A stretch of DNA of 64,000 nucleotides from Candidatus Poribacteria bacterium (GTDB taxonomy: Bacteria > Poribacteria > WGA-4E > PCPOR2b), in NCBI GenBank assembly GCA_965116925.1, contig OZ220744.1:1728001-1792000 (forward strand), given 5' to 3'. A program made the translations under genes and the position numbers. The notes beneath the pieces were generated by a model, which was not told the origin of the DNA, did not search any database, and saw nothing but the letters and a program-made list of their open reading frames with translations. Shown here piece by piece: positions 1 to 9,710 of the stretch. Each line of letters starts with the position of its first letter. The first letter of the stretch is position 1.

Positions 1-131
1 ATAGTTTCGCCCTCTAAGCGATGCCGTTCTACCTCTTTGAGTCCGAGCAGATCGCAATAGAACCCTAGCGAGCGTTCCATATCGCTGACTGTTACCGATA
101 CATGGTCCAAAATGTTGACAGAATTAATCAT
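1..131 (-). CDS. VOC/glyoxalase family protein, N-terminus only (runs off window)
   Basis: Manual translation MINSVNILDHVSVTVSDMERSLGFYCDLLGL matches the VOC N-terminal motif; GAAGGAGG RBS upstream; absent from ORF track. Confidence 0.85.
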   Translation of the reverse strand, partial: MINSVNILDHVSVTVSDMERSLGFYCDLLGLKEVERHRLEGET

Positions 132-278
132 GTTATTCCTCCTTCTTATCGCGTTATACGCAGATTGGACGAAAAAACGTCTCTCATGTTGAGCGCGCCT
201 CTTTGAATCGAGGAGACGCCATAGATGTGCGAGATAGAATCGATGAAGCTTATCGCTTGGCGTATCTTGGAATTGTAG

Positions 279-307
279 TTGCAGGGAGCGGAGATCTTGA
301 GTATAAT
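279..307 (+). promoter_or_regulatory. Putative sigma70 promoter
   Basis: TTGCAG-17bp-TATAAT upstream of ORF 349. Confidence 0.55.
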
Positions 308-348
308 ACTCGACAAATTCGACATCTCTGAAAAGAGGAGTATAAACC

Positions 349-837
349 GTGCGATTCCGACGCAAAGAGGAAACCGGAAGCAACCCCTCACCTACCAATC
401 GAAAAGCTGAGGTGCCTGATCTCGCCTTTCAGGCACACAAATATAGCATCCAGTTTGATATTTCTCCAGAAATATCTTATCTGAATGATTCACTCCCCCG
501 ACTACTTCCTGAATTTTTGCCCCTCTTTGAAGGCTTTCCCGATGGCGTCCGGATTTCGCAGCAAGCCGTTGAAGAAGGGCTTGATTTCTGTCAGGTAACC
601 TTCTGGGCTTTTTCCGACGAACCCGACGCAGTTAAGGCATTTTCTATCTGGTTTCAAGCATTTTTTAGAGATGATCGAATTATTGATCTGCTAGAGCGTT
701 TTGTTAAACACGCGCTTGAAGATCCCGACGACATAGAGGTCACTCTACTCGATTGGGCACGGGTTCATGTAACGGCGGAGGAAGTGCAACAGGCTGCCGA
801 GGCGGAACGCCATTCTATCAGATTAACCGTCGTGTAG
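349..837 (+). CDS. Hypothetical protein
   Basis: 162 aa ORF, GTG start with GAGGAG RBS and upstream promoter; no family recognised. Confidence 0.65.
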   Translation: MRFRRKEETGSNPSPTNRKAEVPDLAFQAHKYSIQFDISPEISYLNDSLPRLLPEFLPLFEGFPDGVRISQQAVEEGLDFCQVTFWAFSDEPDAVKAFSIWFQAFFRDDRIIDLLERFVKHALEDPDDIEVTLLDWARVHVTAEEVQQAAEAERHSIRLTVV

Positions 838-842
838 CGGGT

Positions 843-958
843 TAGGGCAATCGTGGGCACGTACAGATTGGAAATCTGTACCCACGATATGAAAGAGGAA
901 ATGATTTGTGCAATTCAAGGGTGAAAATCCTACACAATATTTACATGCGATTGCCCTA
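843..958. mobile_element. MITE with ISAs1-like ends
   Basis: 11-bp TIR TAGGGCAATCG/CGATTGCCCTA; 10-bp direct repeat TGTAGCGGGT at 833-842 and 959-968; internal hairpin. Confidence 0.85.
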
Positions 959-977
959 TGTAGCGGGTAAAACGGCG

Positions 978-1006
978 TTGACAAACCGTATCGCAAGTGC
1001 TATACT
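978..1006 (+). promoter_or_regulatory. Sigma70 promoter of the lolA cluster
   Basis: TTGACA-17bp-TATACT with TG extended -10. Confidence 0.75.
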
Positions 1007-1081
1007 GCTAGCTGTATTTCTCGCATCTATCCGAATCACAAAGGAGCGCGGCTTGAATGAGCTCTACGCCGCAAAGAGATA

Positions 1082-1792
1082 ATGAACCGATTCCACTTTC
1101 TTTACATTCTTGCGTTCCTATTAACTATCACTGCAAGCAATGGGTCTGCGGATACTATCGAAAGCGTGTTTCAGAACTTCAAAGCAGCTTACGAAAAATC
1201 TAAAAACTTTAGTGCTGAATTTGAGGAGACGACATTGCAGGCAGGAAACAAAAGTATCGCACGCGGACGATTACTATTCAGCAAACCGAACCTGTTACGC
1301 AAGAAATATGTCAGCCACAAAGATCCGACACAACTCGCACAGCTTATTGTGCTTGACGGTGAATATTCTTGGTCATATACGCCACTACTCAGTCAGGTTA
1401 ATAAGATGAAATGGGGCAGAGCCAACCGCAAAGAACTATTGCCGGGGTTGGGAGCGTCCTTAGATGAAGCTTCCGAAAAATTTAACATGGAGCTAGTGCC
1501 GGACGAGGTGGCAAATCCGAAGAGCATCTACCGTATCAAGCTGACTCCCAAGCCGCAGATACCGCCTAATCTGGCAACCAACGAGCCCCGCGAGATTATT
1601 GAGATATGGGTCAAATCTGATAACTGGTTACCCGTCCAATTCGGTTATCAGACTGAAAGCGATAATGACAGCAGTATAAGCGTTATTGTTGCGTTTGTGA
1701 ATATCCAGCGGGATATAGAAATGGACGCTGATTTGTTCAAATTTGTTATTCCTGATGGAGTTGAAGTGATCGATCTTTCAGCCAATCAGTGA
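1082..1792 (+). CDS. lolA: Outer-membrane lipoprotein carrier protein, LolA family
   Basis: Signal peptide, FSAEF..GRLLFSKPNLLR, IVLDGEYSWSY, C-terminal LFKFVIPDGVEVID. Confidence 0.85.
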   Translation: MNRFHFLYILAFLLTITASNGSADTIESVFQNFKAAYEKSKNFSAEFEETTLQAGNKSIARGRLLFSKPNLLRKKYVSHKDPTQLAQLIVLDGEYSWSYTPLLSQVNKMKWGRANRKELLPGLGASLDEASEKFNMELVPDEVANPKSIYRIKLTPKPQIPPNLATNEPREIIEIWVKSDNWLPVQFGYQTESDNDSSISVIVAFVNIQRDIEMDADLFKFVIPDGVEVIDLSANQ

Positions 1793-1851
1793 AACGTTAA
1801 ACACAATGCTTAATATGCGAATCTCCACCCATTAAAGAAGGGATAAAGCAG

Positions 1852-2478
1852 ATGGATTTCCACAATGTGATGCGCCTAGCAAATTATTTGACGATTGCAC
1901 GCATGCTTCTTATCCCTTTCTTCATGCTCTCTTTTCGATATGAACGCATGTTGCCGGCACTTATTATTTTCTGTGTGGCAGCTATCACAGATTATTTCGA
2001 CGGAGTAATCGCCCGAAAACAGGGGACGACCAGTTTTGGGAAGTTTATGGATCCGCTTGCAGATAAACTCCTCGTTGGTGCGGCATTGATATGTTTGACA
2101 CGCTTTAAGGGTGGATTGATTCCGGGGTGGATGGTGTTAATCATTATGGGGCGTGAGGTCGTTGTCACGACACTTCGCTTGGTGTTCGTTGGACGATATG
2201 GCACGGTGGTCGCAGCGAGCAAGTGGGGAAAATATAAAACATCCTCACAGATGGTTGTTATTATTATCAGCCTCGTTCTGCTTGTCTGTCACGAATATAG
2301 CCACCTACTGAATATAGACATGGATTTTGTTATTCAACTCCCAGGCCCCATTTACTTCATGATGTATATTCCCTTGGTTCTTACGGTTATTTCAGGATTG
2401 GAATTCCTATATAACAACCGCAAAGGGATCTATGAATTGATGCGATCCCCGGACACTTACACGGATGATGACATCTAA
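1852..2478 (+). CDS. pgsA: CDP-diacylglycerol--glycerol-3-phosphate 3-phosphatidyltransferase
   Basis: CDP-alcohol phosphotransferase motif DYFDGVIAR..TSFGKFMDPLADK; start may be 1870. Confidence 0.92.
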   Translation: MDFHNVMRLANYLTIARMLLIPFFMLSFRYERMLPALIIFCVAAITDYFDGVIARKQGTTSFGKFMDPLADKLLVGAALICLTRFKGGLIPGWMVLIIMGREVVVTTLRLVFVGRYGTVVAASKWGKYKTSSQMVVIIISLVLLVCHEYSHLLNIDMDFVIQLPGPIYFMMYIPLVLTVISGLEFLYNNRKGIYELMRSPDTYTDDDI

Positions 2479-2486
2479 TACTAGGT

Positions 2487-2538
2487 GTGAAACGTGATGC
2501 GTGAAACGTGAAAAATGAACCAATGGACTCATAAACTC
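2487..2538 (+). repeat. Degenerate tandem 7-mers (GTGAAAC/GTGATGC x4) followed by 8-mers (ATGAACCA-like x3)
   Basis: Read directly; related arrays at 37506-37533, 48011-48044 and 58055-58102. Confidence 0.75.
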
Positions 2539-2636
2539 AATTGGTTTCGGTTGCACCATTTCTTTACATGAGTCCAATTGTTAATATGTTTTCCGGTTAA
2601 AGACCGAGAGTGAAACGTGAAAATTGACAAACACAA

Positions 2637-3206
2637 ATGAACCAACCCATTCGATGTTTCATTGCAATTGAGATACCAGAGACGATCCAAAATCAGTTGG
2701 CACGCATCCAAGGAACTCTGCGAAACCAGATTCAAAAAGCATCTTGGGTGAAACCGAGCAACATTCATTTGACGTTGAAGTTTTTAGGGGATGTTGATAC
2801 GGAAGATCTTGAATTCATCGGAGAGGCAATCGAAGGGGCGGTCATACATCACCGCAGTTTTTCATTACGTATCGGCGGCTTAGGGGCATTCCCTAATTTC
2901 GCACGCCCACGAGTCCTGTGGACTGGCGTGAAGGTTGGAGGTGAGCGGGTATCTGCCCTCGCTCAAGATATCAATGTAGCATTAACTGATTGTGGGTTTT
3001 CGCTTGACACCAAGACGTTCAATCCCCATTTAACAATCGCCCGCCTGAAAGCGCGAATCGACCTTCGGCCTTTCACGAATCAGTATCGTCAATATGATCG
3101 CATTGACGGAGCAGAGATGAGCGTCAATACAATCTCGCTTATCCAAAGTCAACTTCACCCCACAGGCGCTATTTACTCAACTTTACAGTCCTATTCCCTT
3201 ACGTAG
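2637..3206 (+). CDS. thpR: RNA 2',3'-cyclic phosphodiesterase (2H phosphoesterase)
   Basis: Two HxT motifs (HLTLKFLG, PHLTIAR); typical position upstream of recA. Confidence 0.92.
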   Translation: MNQPIRCFIAIEIPETIQNQLARIQGTLRNQIQKASWVKPSNIHLTLKFLGDVDTEDLEFIGEAIEGAVIHHRSFSLRIGGLGAFPNFARPRVLWTGVKVGGERVSALAQDINVALTDCGFSLDTKTFNPHLTIARLKARIDLRPFTNQYRQYDRIDGAEMSVNTISLIQSQLHPTGAIYSTLQSYSLT

Positions 3207-3320
3207 GCTCATATAAAAAGAAAGTGCAAAGTACTTGAAAGAGACCGAGTTTTGAAAAAAAGCTCTATTTCGGTTGCACGACTTACGTAACATCGAAAAT
3301 AGTATCAAAGGAGATTTAGT

Positions 3321-4370
3321 ATGACAGCAGACGATAAGAATAAAGCCATTGATCTTGCAATTTCGCAGATTGAACGGCAGCACGGCAAAGGCGCGATTAT
3401 GCGCTTTAGTAGTGAAGATATCTTGCCTGTTGAGGTAATTCCAACCGGCTCGCTCGCACTAGATATTGCGCTTGGTGTCGGCGGTGTGCCTCGTGGTCGA
3501 ATTGTAGAGATTTTTGGACATGAATCTAGTGGTAAAACAACACTCGCTTTACACATCATCGCAGAGGCGCAAAAAATGGGCGGCACTGCCGCGTTTGTTG
3601 ATGTTGAACACGCTATTGATCCAATGTACGCCAAACGCATCGGTGTCAATATGGAGCATTTACTCATATCTCAACCGGATACAGGCGAACAAGCGTTAGA
3701 AATTGTTGAAACGCTAGTGCGTAGCAGTGCTATTGATGTGGTTGTAATCGACTCGGTGGCAGCACTCACCCCTCAAGCGGAAATCGAGGGTGAGATGGGC
3801 GATGCACATGTGGGTTTATTGCCGCGTTTGATGTCCAAAGCATTGCGCAAACTCTCTGGAGTGGCAAGCAAATCGAAATCGTGCATCATTTTCACGAATC
3901 AGATTCGTCAAAAGATTGGTGTTATGTTTGGCAATCCAGAAACCACACCGGGTGGGCTCGCCCTCAAGTTCCACGCTTCGGTCCGACTTGAAATCCGACG
4001 GGCGGAGACCCTCAAGGAAGGGGACGAGATGGTTGGCAACCGTATCCGGGTTAAAGTTGCCAAGAATAAAGTGGCACCTCCCTTTACACAAGCTGAATTT
4101 GAAATGACGTTCGGAGAGGGTATTTCTAAGCTGGGCGATCTGCTCGACGTAGCAACGGATCAAGATATTGTGGATAAGAGTGGTGCATGGTTCTCTTATA
4201 ACAACGAGCGTCTCGGTCAAGGTAGAAATAATGCTAAAGAATATCTGATTCAACACCCTGAGATCATTGACGAAATTGAAACTAAAGTTCGTGAGAACCT
4301 TGGTATTTATGCCCAATCTGCCCCTGCATCAATTGCGGGTGTCGATTCTGACGCATCTGGTAAGGAGTAA
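3321..4370 (+). CDS. recA: Recombinase RecA
   Basis: GHESSGKTT Walker [24 protein letters not shown]. Confidence 0.99.
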   Translation: MTADDKNKAIDLAISQIERQHGKGAIMRFSSEDILPVEVIPTGSLALDIALGVGGVPRGRIVEIFGHESSGKTTLALHIIAEAQKMGGTAAFVDVEHAIDPMYAKRIGVNMEHLLISQPDTGEQALEIVETLVRSSAIDVVVIDSVAALTPQAEIEGEMGDAHVGLLPRLMSKALRKLSGVASKSKSCIIFTNQIRQKIGVMFGNPETTPGGLALKFHASVRLEIRRAETLKEGDEMVGNRIRVKVAKNKVAPPFTQAEFEMTFGEGISKLGDLLDVATDQDIVDKSGAWFSYNNERLGQGRNNAKEYLIQHPEIIDEIETKVRENLGIYAQSAPASIAGVDSDASGKE

Positions 4371-4391
4371 GTCCGATTTGCTATTAATTCC

Positions 4392-5438
4392 ATGGACATG
4401 CTTGAAATAGACGGAAATTACGGTGAGGGCGGCGGTCAAATCCTACGCTCAAGCCTTAGTTTGTCTGCGATTCTTAATCGCCCCATCCGTATCAGCCGCA
4501 TACGCGCAGGACGAAAAAAGTCGGGACTGGCTCCGCAGCATCTCACCAGTGTTAATGCAGTGGCTGCGATTACCAATGCTGAAGTAACCGGCGGACAACT
4601 TGGTTCGCAAACATTGACGTTTCACCCCCAAGAAATTACCGGCGGAAACTATACTTTTGATGTCGCAGAAATTCGGCCGAGTGCTGGGGCGTTATCGTTA
4701 GTTTTCCAAGCGGTAGCACTACCGTTGTCCTTTGCTAAGGTCCCCTCAACTGTGACTTTGCGCGGTGGAACTCATGTTCCTTGGAGTCCCACCGTCCATT
4801 TTCTACAAGAAATTTTCATACCGATGGCAGCAAAGTTCGGGTTTCAAGGTTTGATTCAGTTGAACCGGTGGGGCTGGTATCCCAAGGGTGGTGGAGAGGT
4901 AATCGCAGGGGTGCAGCCGACCGTAGATTGGCATGGTGTTGGATTCAAAAATCGTGGAAAATTGCAAGCAATCCACGGCATTTGCGCTGCTTCCAATCTC
5001 CCTGAACATATTATCAATCGGCAGTACGACCAGATCGAAAGACGATTACAAAAGTTCAATGCACCGGTCAACATAAAGCGAGTAAGGGGGGAATCGATCG
5101 GGCAGGGAACGCTTGTTTTCTTGAAGGCAGAATTTGAAAATGCCCAAGCTGGGTTCTCCGCGCTCGGTGCGCGGGGTAAGCGGGCAGAACGCGTTGCCGA
5201 TGAAGCCTGCCAAGCGTTGGCAGATTTTCTGGTGTCAGACGCAGCAATTGAGCCGCACCTTGCAGATCAACTCATTCTTCCGATGGCACTTGCAAAGGGA
5301 GAATCTCGCTTTACTACCTCTCAAATCACGCGACATCTCACAACAAACATCTGGTTGGTCCGGCAGTTTTTACCCGTTCAATTCGAGGTGAATGGAGTCG
5401 AAAACGGACCGGGGGAGATCGTCAAGGTAGATTGTTGA
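4392..5438 (+). CDS. rtcA: RNA 3'-terminal phosphate cyclase
   Basis: GEGGGQILRS, GLAPQH, GWYPKGGG, HLADQL, TRHLTTN. Confidence 0.96.
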   Translation: MDMLEIDGNYGEGGGQILRSSLSLSAILNRPIRISRIRAGRKKSGLAPQHLTSVNAVAAITNAEVTGGQLGSQTLTFHPQEITGGNYTFDVAEIRPSAGALSLVFQAVALPLSFAKVPSTVTLRGGTHVPWSPTVHFLQEIFIPMAAKFGFQGLIQLNRWGWYPKGGGEVIAGVQPTVDWHGVGFKNRGKLQAIHGICAASNLPEHIINRQYDQIERRLQKFNAPVNIKRVRGESIGQGTLVFLKAEFENAQAGFSALGARGKRAERVADEACQALADFLVSDAAIEPHLADQLILPMALAKGESRFTTSQITRHLTTNIWLVRQFLPVQFEVNGVENGPGEIVKVDC

Positions 5439-5493
5439 AAGTTCGGTTCCTCTTTACGAAAGCAAAAAATTCAAAAACCCGTCCACAAAGCAG

Positions 5494-6531
5494 ATGAAAC
5501 CGCTTAATCGCGAAATTGACGAGCTCATACAGCATGGAATCTCTGAGAAAGTCTTCCCCGGTGCCGTTGCCTATATCGCTGAAGGCGATACAATCTCATA
5601 CTGCGAGGCATTTGGCTGCCGAATGTACACCCCCAAAATTAAGCCGATGCAGTGCGACACAATCTTTGACCTCGCCTCCCTCACCAAACCGATTGTGACC
5701 GCGACACTCATCATGCGCTGTGTTGAGGAGGGAACCGTTGCACTCAACGAGCCACTTCACAATTATCTTCCTGAATTCAGCCATCCGCAAGTAACCGTTT
5801 TTCATCTCTTGACCCATACCTCTGGACTTCCAGCGTGGCGTGCGATCTACCTAGAATCAAAAAATAGGGACGGAGTTGTCGACTGTCTCAGCCAAATCCC
5901 ATTGGATTATCCGACGGGAACGCAGGTAGTGTACAGTTGTTTGGGATATATCCTTCTTGGAAAATTGCTTGAATGCCTCACAGGCGAAGCACTAGACGCA
6001 CTCGCCCAGAGAAGGATTTTTCAACCGCTTGAAATGAAATGGACACGTTATAATCCACCGTCGGCGTGGGCCGAGAAGTGTGCGGCAACAGAAGATTCCA
6101 ACAGTTTTGAAAAACGGATGGTGGACTATCAGCCGCACGATTGGCGGGAAGGAGTCATTGTGGGCGAGGTGCATGACGAAAATGCCCATTTTCTTGGTGG
6201 AATTTCAGGAAATGCAGGGCTGTTTTCGACCGCTACAGATATAGCGAAATTTTGTCAGATGCTACTTAATGGCGGGAACAATGTCTTGACGGCCGAGAGC
6301 ATCAACCAGATGGCAACCGTTCAGACAACAGGATTAAATGAATCACGCGGCATCGGCTGGATTATATTAGAAGATGGTTCGCTCTATCATACTGGGTTTA
6401 CAGGAACGTCAATTCGGGTCAATATAGAGAGAAAACTGTACGCTATTCTACTGACTAACCGGGTTCATCCGGACGCTTCACGTACGGGTATCGCTGATTT
6501 TCGAGCTAAGTTTTACCAATCTATTTTTTAA
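5494..6531 (+). CDS. Serine hydrolase, beta-lactamase class C / AmiE-like
   Basis: FDLASLTK (SxxK), LLTHTSGL, YSC, HTGFTG, LLTNRVHP. Confidence 0.9.
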   Translation: MKPLNREIDELIQHGISEKVFPGAVAYIAEGDTISYCEAFGCRMYTPKIKPMQCDTIFDLASLTKPIVTATLIMRCVEEGTVALNEPLHNYLPEFSHPQVTVFHLLTHTSGLPAWRAIYLESKNRDGVVDCLSQIPLDYPTGTQVVYSCLGYILLGKLLECLTGEALDALAQRRIFQPLEMKWTRYNPPSAWAEKCAATEDSNSFEKRMVDYQPHDWREGVIVGEVHDENAHFLGGISGNAGLFSTATDIAKFCQMLLNGGNNVLTAESINQMATVQTTGLNESRGIGWIILEDGSLYHTGFTGTSIRVNIERKLYAILLTNRVHPDASRTGIADFRAKFYQSIF

Positions 6532-6553
6532 CTTTGAAAAGGAGATTATCAAC

Positions 6554-7486
6554 ATGCAAGAAATGTTGAATGGGGTTATAGACAGTATCAAAGAGCCATT
6601 AACACGGGTATTGGGCGAATCTATAATTAGTGTCCTATATGCCCTCCTAATTTTAATTGGGTTACTAATTGCTTATAAAGTATCGAAACGATTGATTATC
6701 GGTGCGATGCAAATTCAGGATCGCACCGATAATCAAGTTCGTCAGTTTGTAGCGATGTGGAGATATGGGTTTTTGTTGGGAGGCATTGTCTTTGTCATTG
6801 TAAGTATGTCAGGGTCACTGGCTGCAATGGGATTAACTGTTGCTTTTGTCAGTATGATCTTGGGTTGGTCCCTCCAACGACCGGTGACGGGTGTTGCGGC
6901 GTGGTTGATGGTGATGATTAAGCGTCCCTTTATGATTGGCGATCGCATTATCATACAGGGTGTGCGAGGGGACGTTTTGGAAATCTCACCCACACACATT
7001 CTGCTCGGCGAAGTCGGCGGCACAGTGGGCGGTGAGGAGTCTTCCAATCGCGGCATTTTGATTCCCAATGCGGTGTTATTTGATCAGATGGTAATCAACT
7101 ACGCGGTTTCTGACGACACGAAGTATATCTTGGACGAAGTCCCTGTTAGGATTTCCTATGATTCGGATTATAAATTGGCGGAACAAACGCTGATTGACTG
7201 TGCCCAAGAAGTAACACAGGAAATTATAGAAGATACAGGCAGTGCCCCTGAAGTCCGTGCGGAATTCTTTGATTCCGGGGTAAGGATGCGCCTGCGCTAT
7301 CAATCCATCGCCGTAGATAGACAGAAGATATCAACCGAGATCGTTGCAAAAATTGTGGAAGCTTTCAGTAATAGCGATCAACTTGGCTTTGCTTACCAGC
7401 ATTCTGCCATAGAGTATAAGTTATCCGAAGCGGCGTCTCTACCACCAATGTTTAAGGAGGTTCCCCTCAATCAAGAAGTTGACTGA
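6554..7486 (+). CDS. MscS-family mechanosensitive ion channel
   Basis: N-terminal TM helices, RPFMIGDRI, IPNAVL, VRISYDSD. Confidence 0.88.
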   Translation: MQEMLNGVIDSIKEPLTRVLGESIISVLYALLILIGLLIAYKVSKRLIIGAMQIQDRTDNQVRQFVAMWRYGFLLGGIVFVIVSMSGSLAAMGLTVAFVSMILGWSLQRPVTGVAAWLMVMIKRPFMIGDRIIIQGVRGDVLEISPTHILLGEVGGTVGGEESSNRGILIPNAVLFDQMVINYAVSDDTKYILDEVPVRISYDSDYKLAEQTLIDCAQEVTQEIIEDTGSAPEVRAEFFDSGVRMRLRYQSIAVDRQKISTEIVAKIVEAFSNSDQLGFAYQHSAIEYKLSEAASLPPMFKEVPLNQEVD

Positions 7487-7536
7487 AATTGAGTCAAGCT
7501 CCAACATTTACGTTTGGTTCAAAGTGACAAGAAAAT

Positions 7537-8334
7537 ATGCAAATCACAAACATGCACATAATAAAATATGTCGTAGGCTCGATCTGTCTGTTTGTTTTCG
7601 CCGCAAGTGCCAAAGGACAGGTCAATATCGAGACATTGCGGCGACTGGACTCAAAGCCCGGTTGGTATAATAACATCACTTTAAGTCTAACATACCAATC
7701 CGGGAATACAGATCTACTCAGATTCAAGAGCAGTCTGCGATCAGATTATTGGTTTGACAAGTATCACACTTTCGGTATTGCTACCTTGCAACAAGGTGAG
7801 CAGGGCGGAAAATTGTACACCGATAAGGGGTTCATGCACCTACGGGGTGCCCGTTCTATCATCGAGCATCTGGGTGTAGAGATATTTCTTCAGAAACAGT
7901 TTAATGAGTCGATTCTGTTACAAGACAGAAATTTGGCTGGTGGTGGGCTTCGTATCTCCGCCCTCAAGCAACGTACGGATAAGAAAAATACGGGAGTGAA
8001 TCTCTATCTCGGTATTGGAGGAATGTGGGAAAATGAAACCATAAATGATAAGGGACACGGTGAGGTCGAGACGACTATTATCCGTTCTACCAATTACATC
8101 TCTGCAGCATGGCGAATTGATAAACGATTTTCTGTTGTCGTTACTGGCTATTATCAACCTTATACCCAACGTTTTTCTGATTTTCGCATTCTGTCTGAAA
8201 GTCGTTTTGAATTTCATGTGACGAAGACGATATCAATTAATACTCGGTTGAATATTCGCTACGACAGTGAACCGCCAACTGATGTTGAAGCGCATGATTT
8301 AGAAGTTGTCAATGGGTTGAGTTACAAGTTTTGA
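7537..8334 (+). CDS. DUF481-like outer-membrane beta-barrel
   Basis: Signal peptide, QVNIE start, SGNTD motif, amphipathic strands, terminal LSYKF; start may be 7552. Confidence 0.8.
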   Translation: MQITNMHIIKYVVGSICLFVFAASAKGQVNIETLRRLDSKPGWYNNITLSLTYQSGNTDLLRFKSSLRSDYWFDKYHTFGIATLQQGEQGGKLYTDKGFMHLRGARSIIEHLGVEIFLQKQFNESILLQDRNLAGGGLRISALKQRTDKKNTGVNLYLGIGGMWENETINDKGHGEVETTIIRSTNYISAAWRIDKRFSVVVTGYYQPYTQRFSDFRILSESRFEFHVTKTISINTRLNIRYDSEPPTDVEAHDLEVVNGLSYKF

Positions 8335-8361
8335 ACAAATCTCCAAGAAAAAAATCATATC

Positions 8362-8463
8362 CAGGACTTACGCAAATTTAGTACATGGGGGATAGATTTT
8401 TGATTTTTAACCCCCTAAATCCCCCTTGTCAGGGGGACTTATGAATGCGCTGCGTAAGTCCTA
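8362..8463. mobile_element. MITE (AGGACTTACGCA family)
   Basis: TIR AGGACTTACGCA/TGCGTAAGTCCT; 5-bp direct repeat ATATC at 8357-8361 and 8464-8468. Confidence 0.8.
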
Positions 8464-8496
8464 ATATCTATGCTATTTGAGAAAGGATATTCAAAC

Positions 8497-9471
8497 GTGA
8501 AGGGGATTCTTATTTTATTTTTCATGAGCATCTTTATATCCTTTACGATCCTCGCTCAAGAGACTGATTACAGGATCCCGAAAAAGCTGGAGGCTGAAGA
8601 CTTTCAACTGCCACAAGATAAAGAATTGCTGACAAAATTTGACTCGGTAAAAATTCCGACGCTGATACGCCCCATGCTAAAAACGGAGGAGGAATATATC
8701 GTTCCGTGGTTGCGCGAACATACTGCCGACGTTCAGGACTACGAATTGACCATCAAAATGATGCGCCAAGGGGTGCTGGTGACGGAAAAACAGTTTGCAT
8801 GGGTGAAGTCAGAGGTAGATGCCTGTGCAGCGATTTTACATATTTCGCCCCCACCGGCTGTTTTCATTGTTGGCGACGGTAGGATGAAGGCGGAGGCAAT
8901 TAATTTCAAAACACCCTTTATTATCCTTCCCTCTGAACTGATTGACAAGTCAAGCCCTAAAGCACTGCGGTTCGCCATCGGACGCCAGATGGGACATATT
9001 AAATGCGATCATGTGTTTTACAAAGCCTTAACTTCTAAAGCTACTAGTTCACTTGGATTTGTTTTGGGAAAATGGGGGCAGGAATTACTTAACTCATTTT
9101 TTGAAAAGGTAAGCGATTTGGCTTTAGTGGATTGGATACTGGCTCACGAAATATCGGCTGACCGTGCGGGCCTCATCGCCTGTCAAGATTTGGCAGTTGC
9201 TCAACGGGCACTACTCAATTTCAGGTTGGCAATCTCGTTTGAGGGTATCGAGCTCAATGTTGACGACTATCTTGAGCAAGCGAAAATTGTACAAGAAAAG
9301 CAGGGACTGGCTTTAGAAGAACTGCCGGAACCGGTGCAGAAGGGCCTTGGTCATTGGCAGCGGTCAGAGCGATTGCAATCTGAGCATCCGTTCATACTTC
9401 AACGGATTAAAGCTTTACAAGAGTATGCAGCGTCTGAAGCGTATCAGAAGCTATTTGAATCAACTGACTAG
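8497..9471 (+). CDS. M48-family metallopeptidase homolog with degenerate zinc motif
   Basis: FAIGRQMGHIKCDH (expected HExGH), EISADRAGL, HPFILQRI; signal peptide; GTG start at 8497 (ORF track starts 8470). Confidence 0.85.
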   Translation: MKGILILFFMSIFISFTILAQETDYRIPKKLEAEDFQLPQDKELLTKFDSVKIPTLIRPMLKTEEEYIVPWLREHTADVQDYELTIKMMRQGVLVTEKQFAWVKSEVDACAAILHISPPPAVFIVGDGRMKAEAINFKTPFIILPSELIDKSSPKALRFAIGRQMGHIKCDHVFYKALTSKATSSLGFVLGKWGQELLNSFFEKVSDLALVDWILAHEISADRAGLIACQDLAVAQRALLNFRLAISFEGIELNVDDYLEQAKIVQEKQGLALEELPEPVQKGLGHWQRSERLQSEHPFILQRIKALQEYAASEAYQKLFESTD

Positions 9472-9586
9472 TACTCAGTCATATAAGTTTTGCATATCAA
9501 CAAGGGGGTCGGGTGACCCGACCCCTACGAAGTATTATGAGTCTCAATCCATATAGACAATCATAATTTGCCTGACAGTGTACTAG
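9468..9586. mobile_element. 119-bp CTAG-bounded MITE, copy 1
   Basis: CTAGTACTCAGTCA...TGACAGTGTACTAG; near-identical to 22789-22907. Confidence 0.9.
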
Positions 9587-9710
9587 AGTACACTGACACT
9601 TTGCTGTTGCGAGTTTGGGTTGTAGAAATTGCCTCAAGGCATATCGGTACTGATTCGATTTGCTAACTGCCGAAACAACCTATTAATATCTAAGATAAAG
9701 GGGAATCGGA

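Noticed and set aside
3207..3320. LexA/SOS box upstream of recA
   Set aside because: No box I recognise; the palindrome there is a degenerate AGAAACCGAGTTTT repeat
5430..5493. rtcA ending Cys-TGA as a second selenocysteine site
   Set aside because: Protein is already full length, no convincing SECIS hairpin and no recognisable extension
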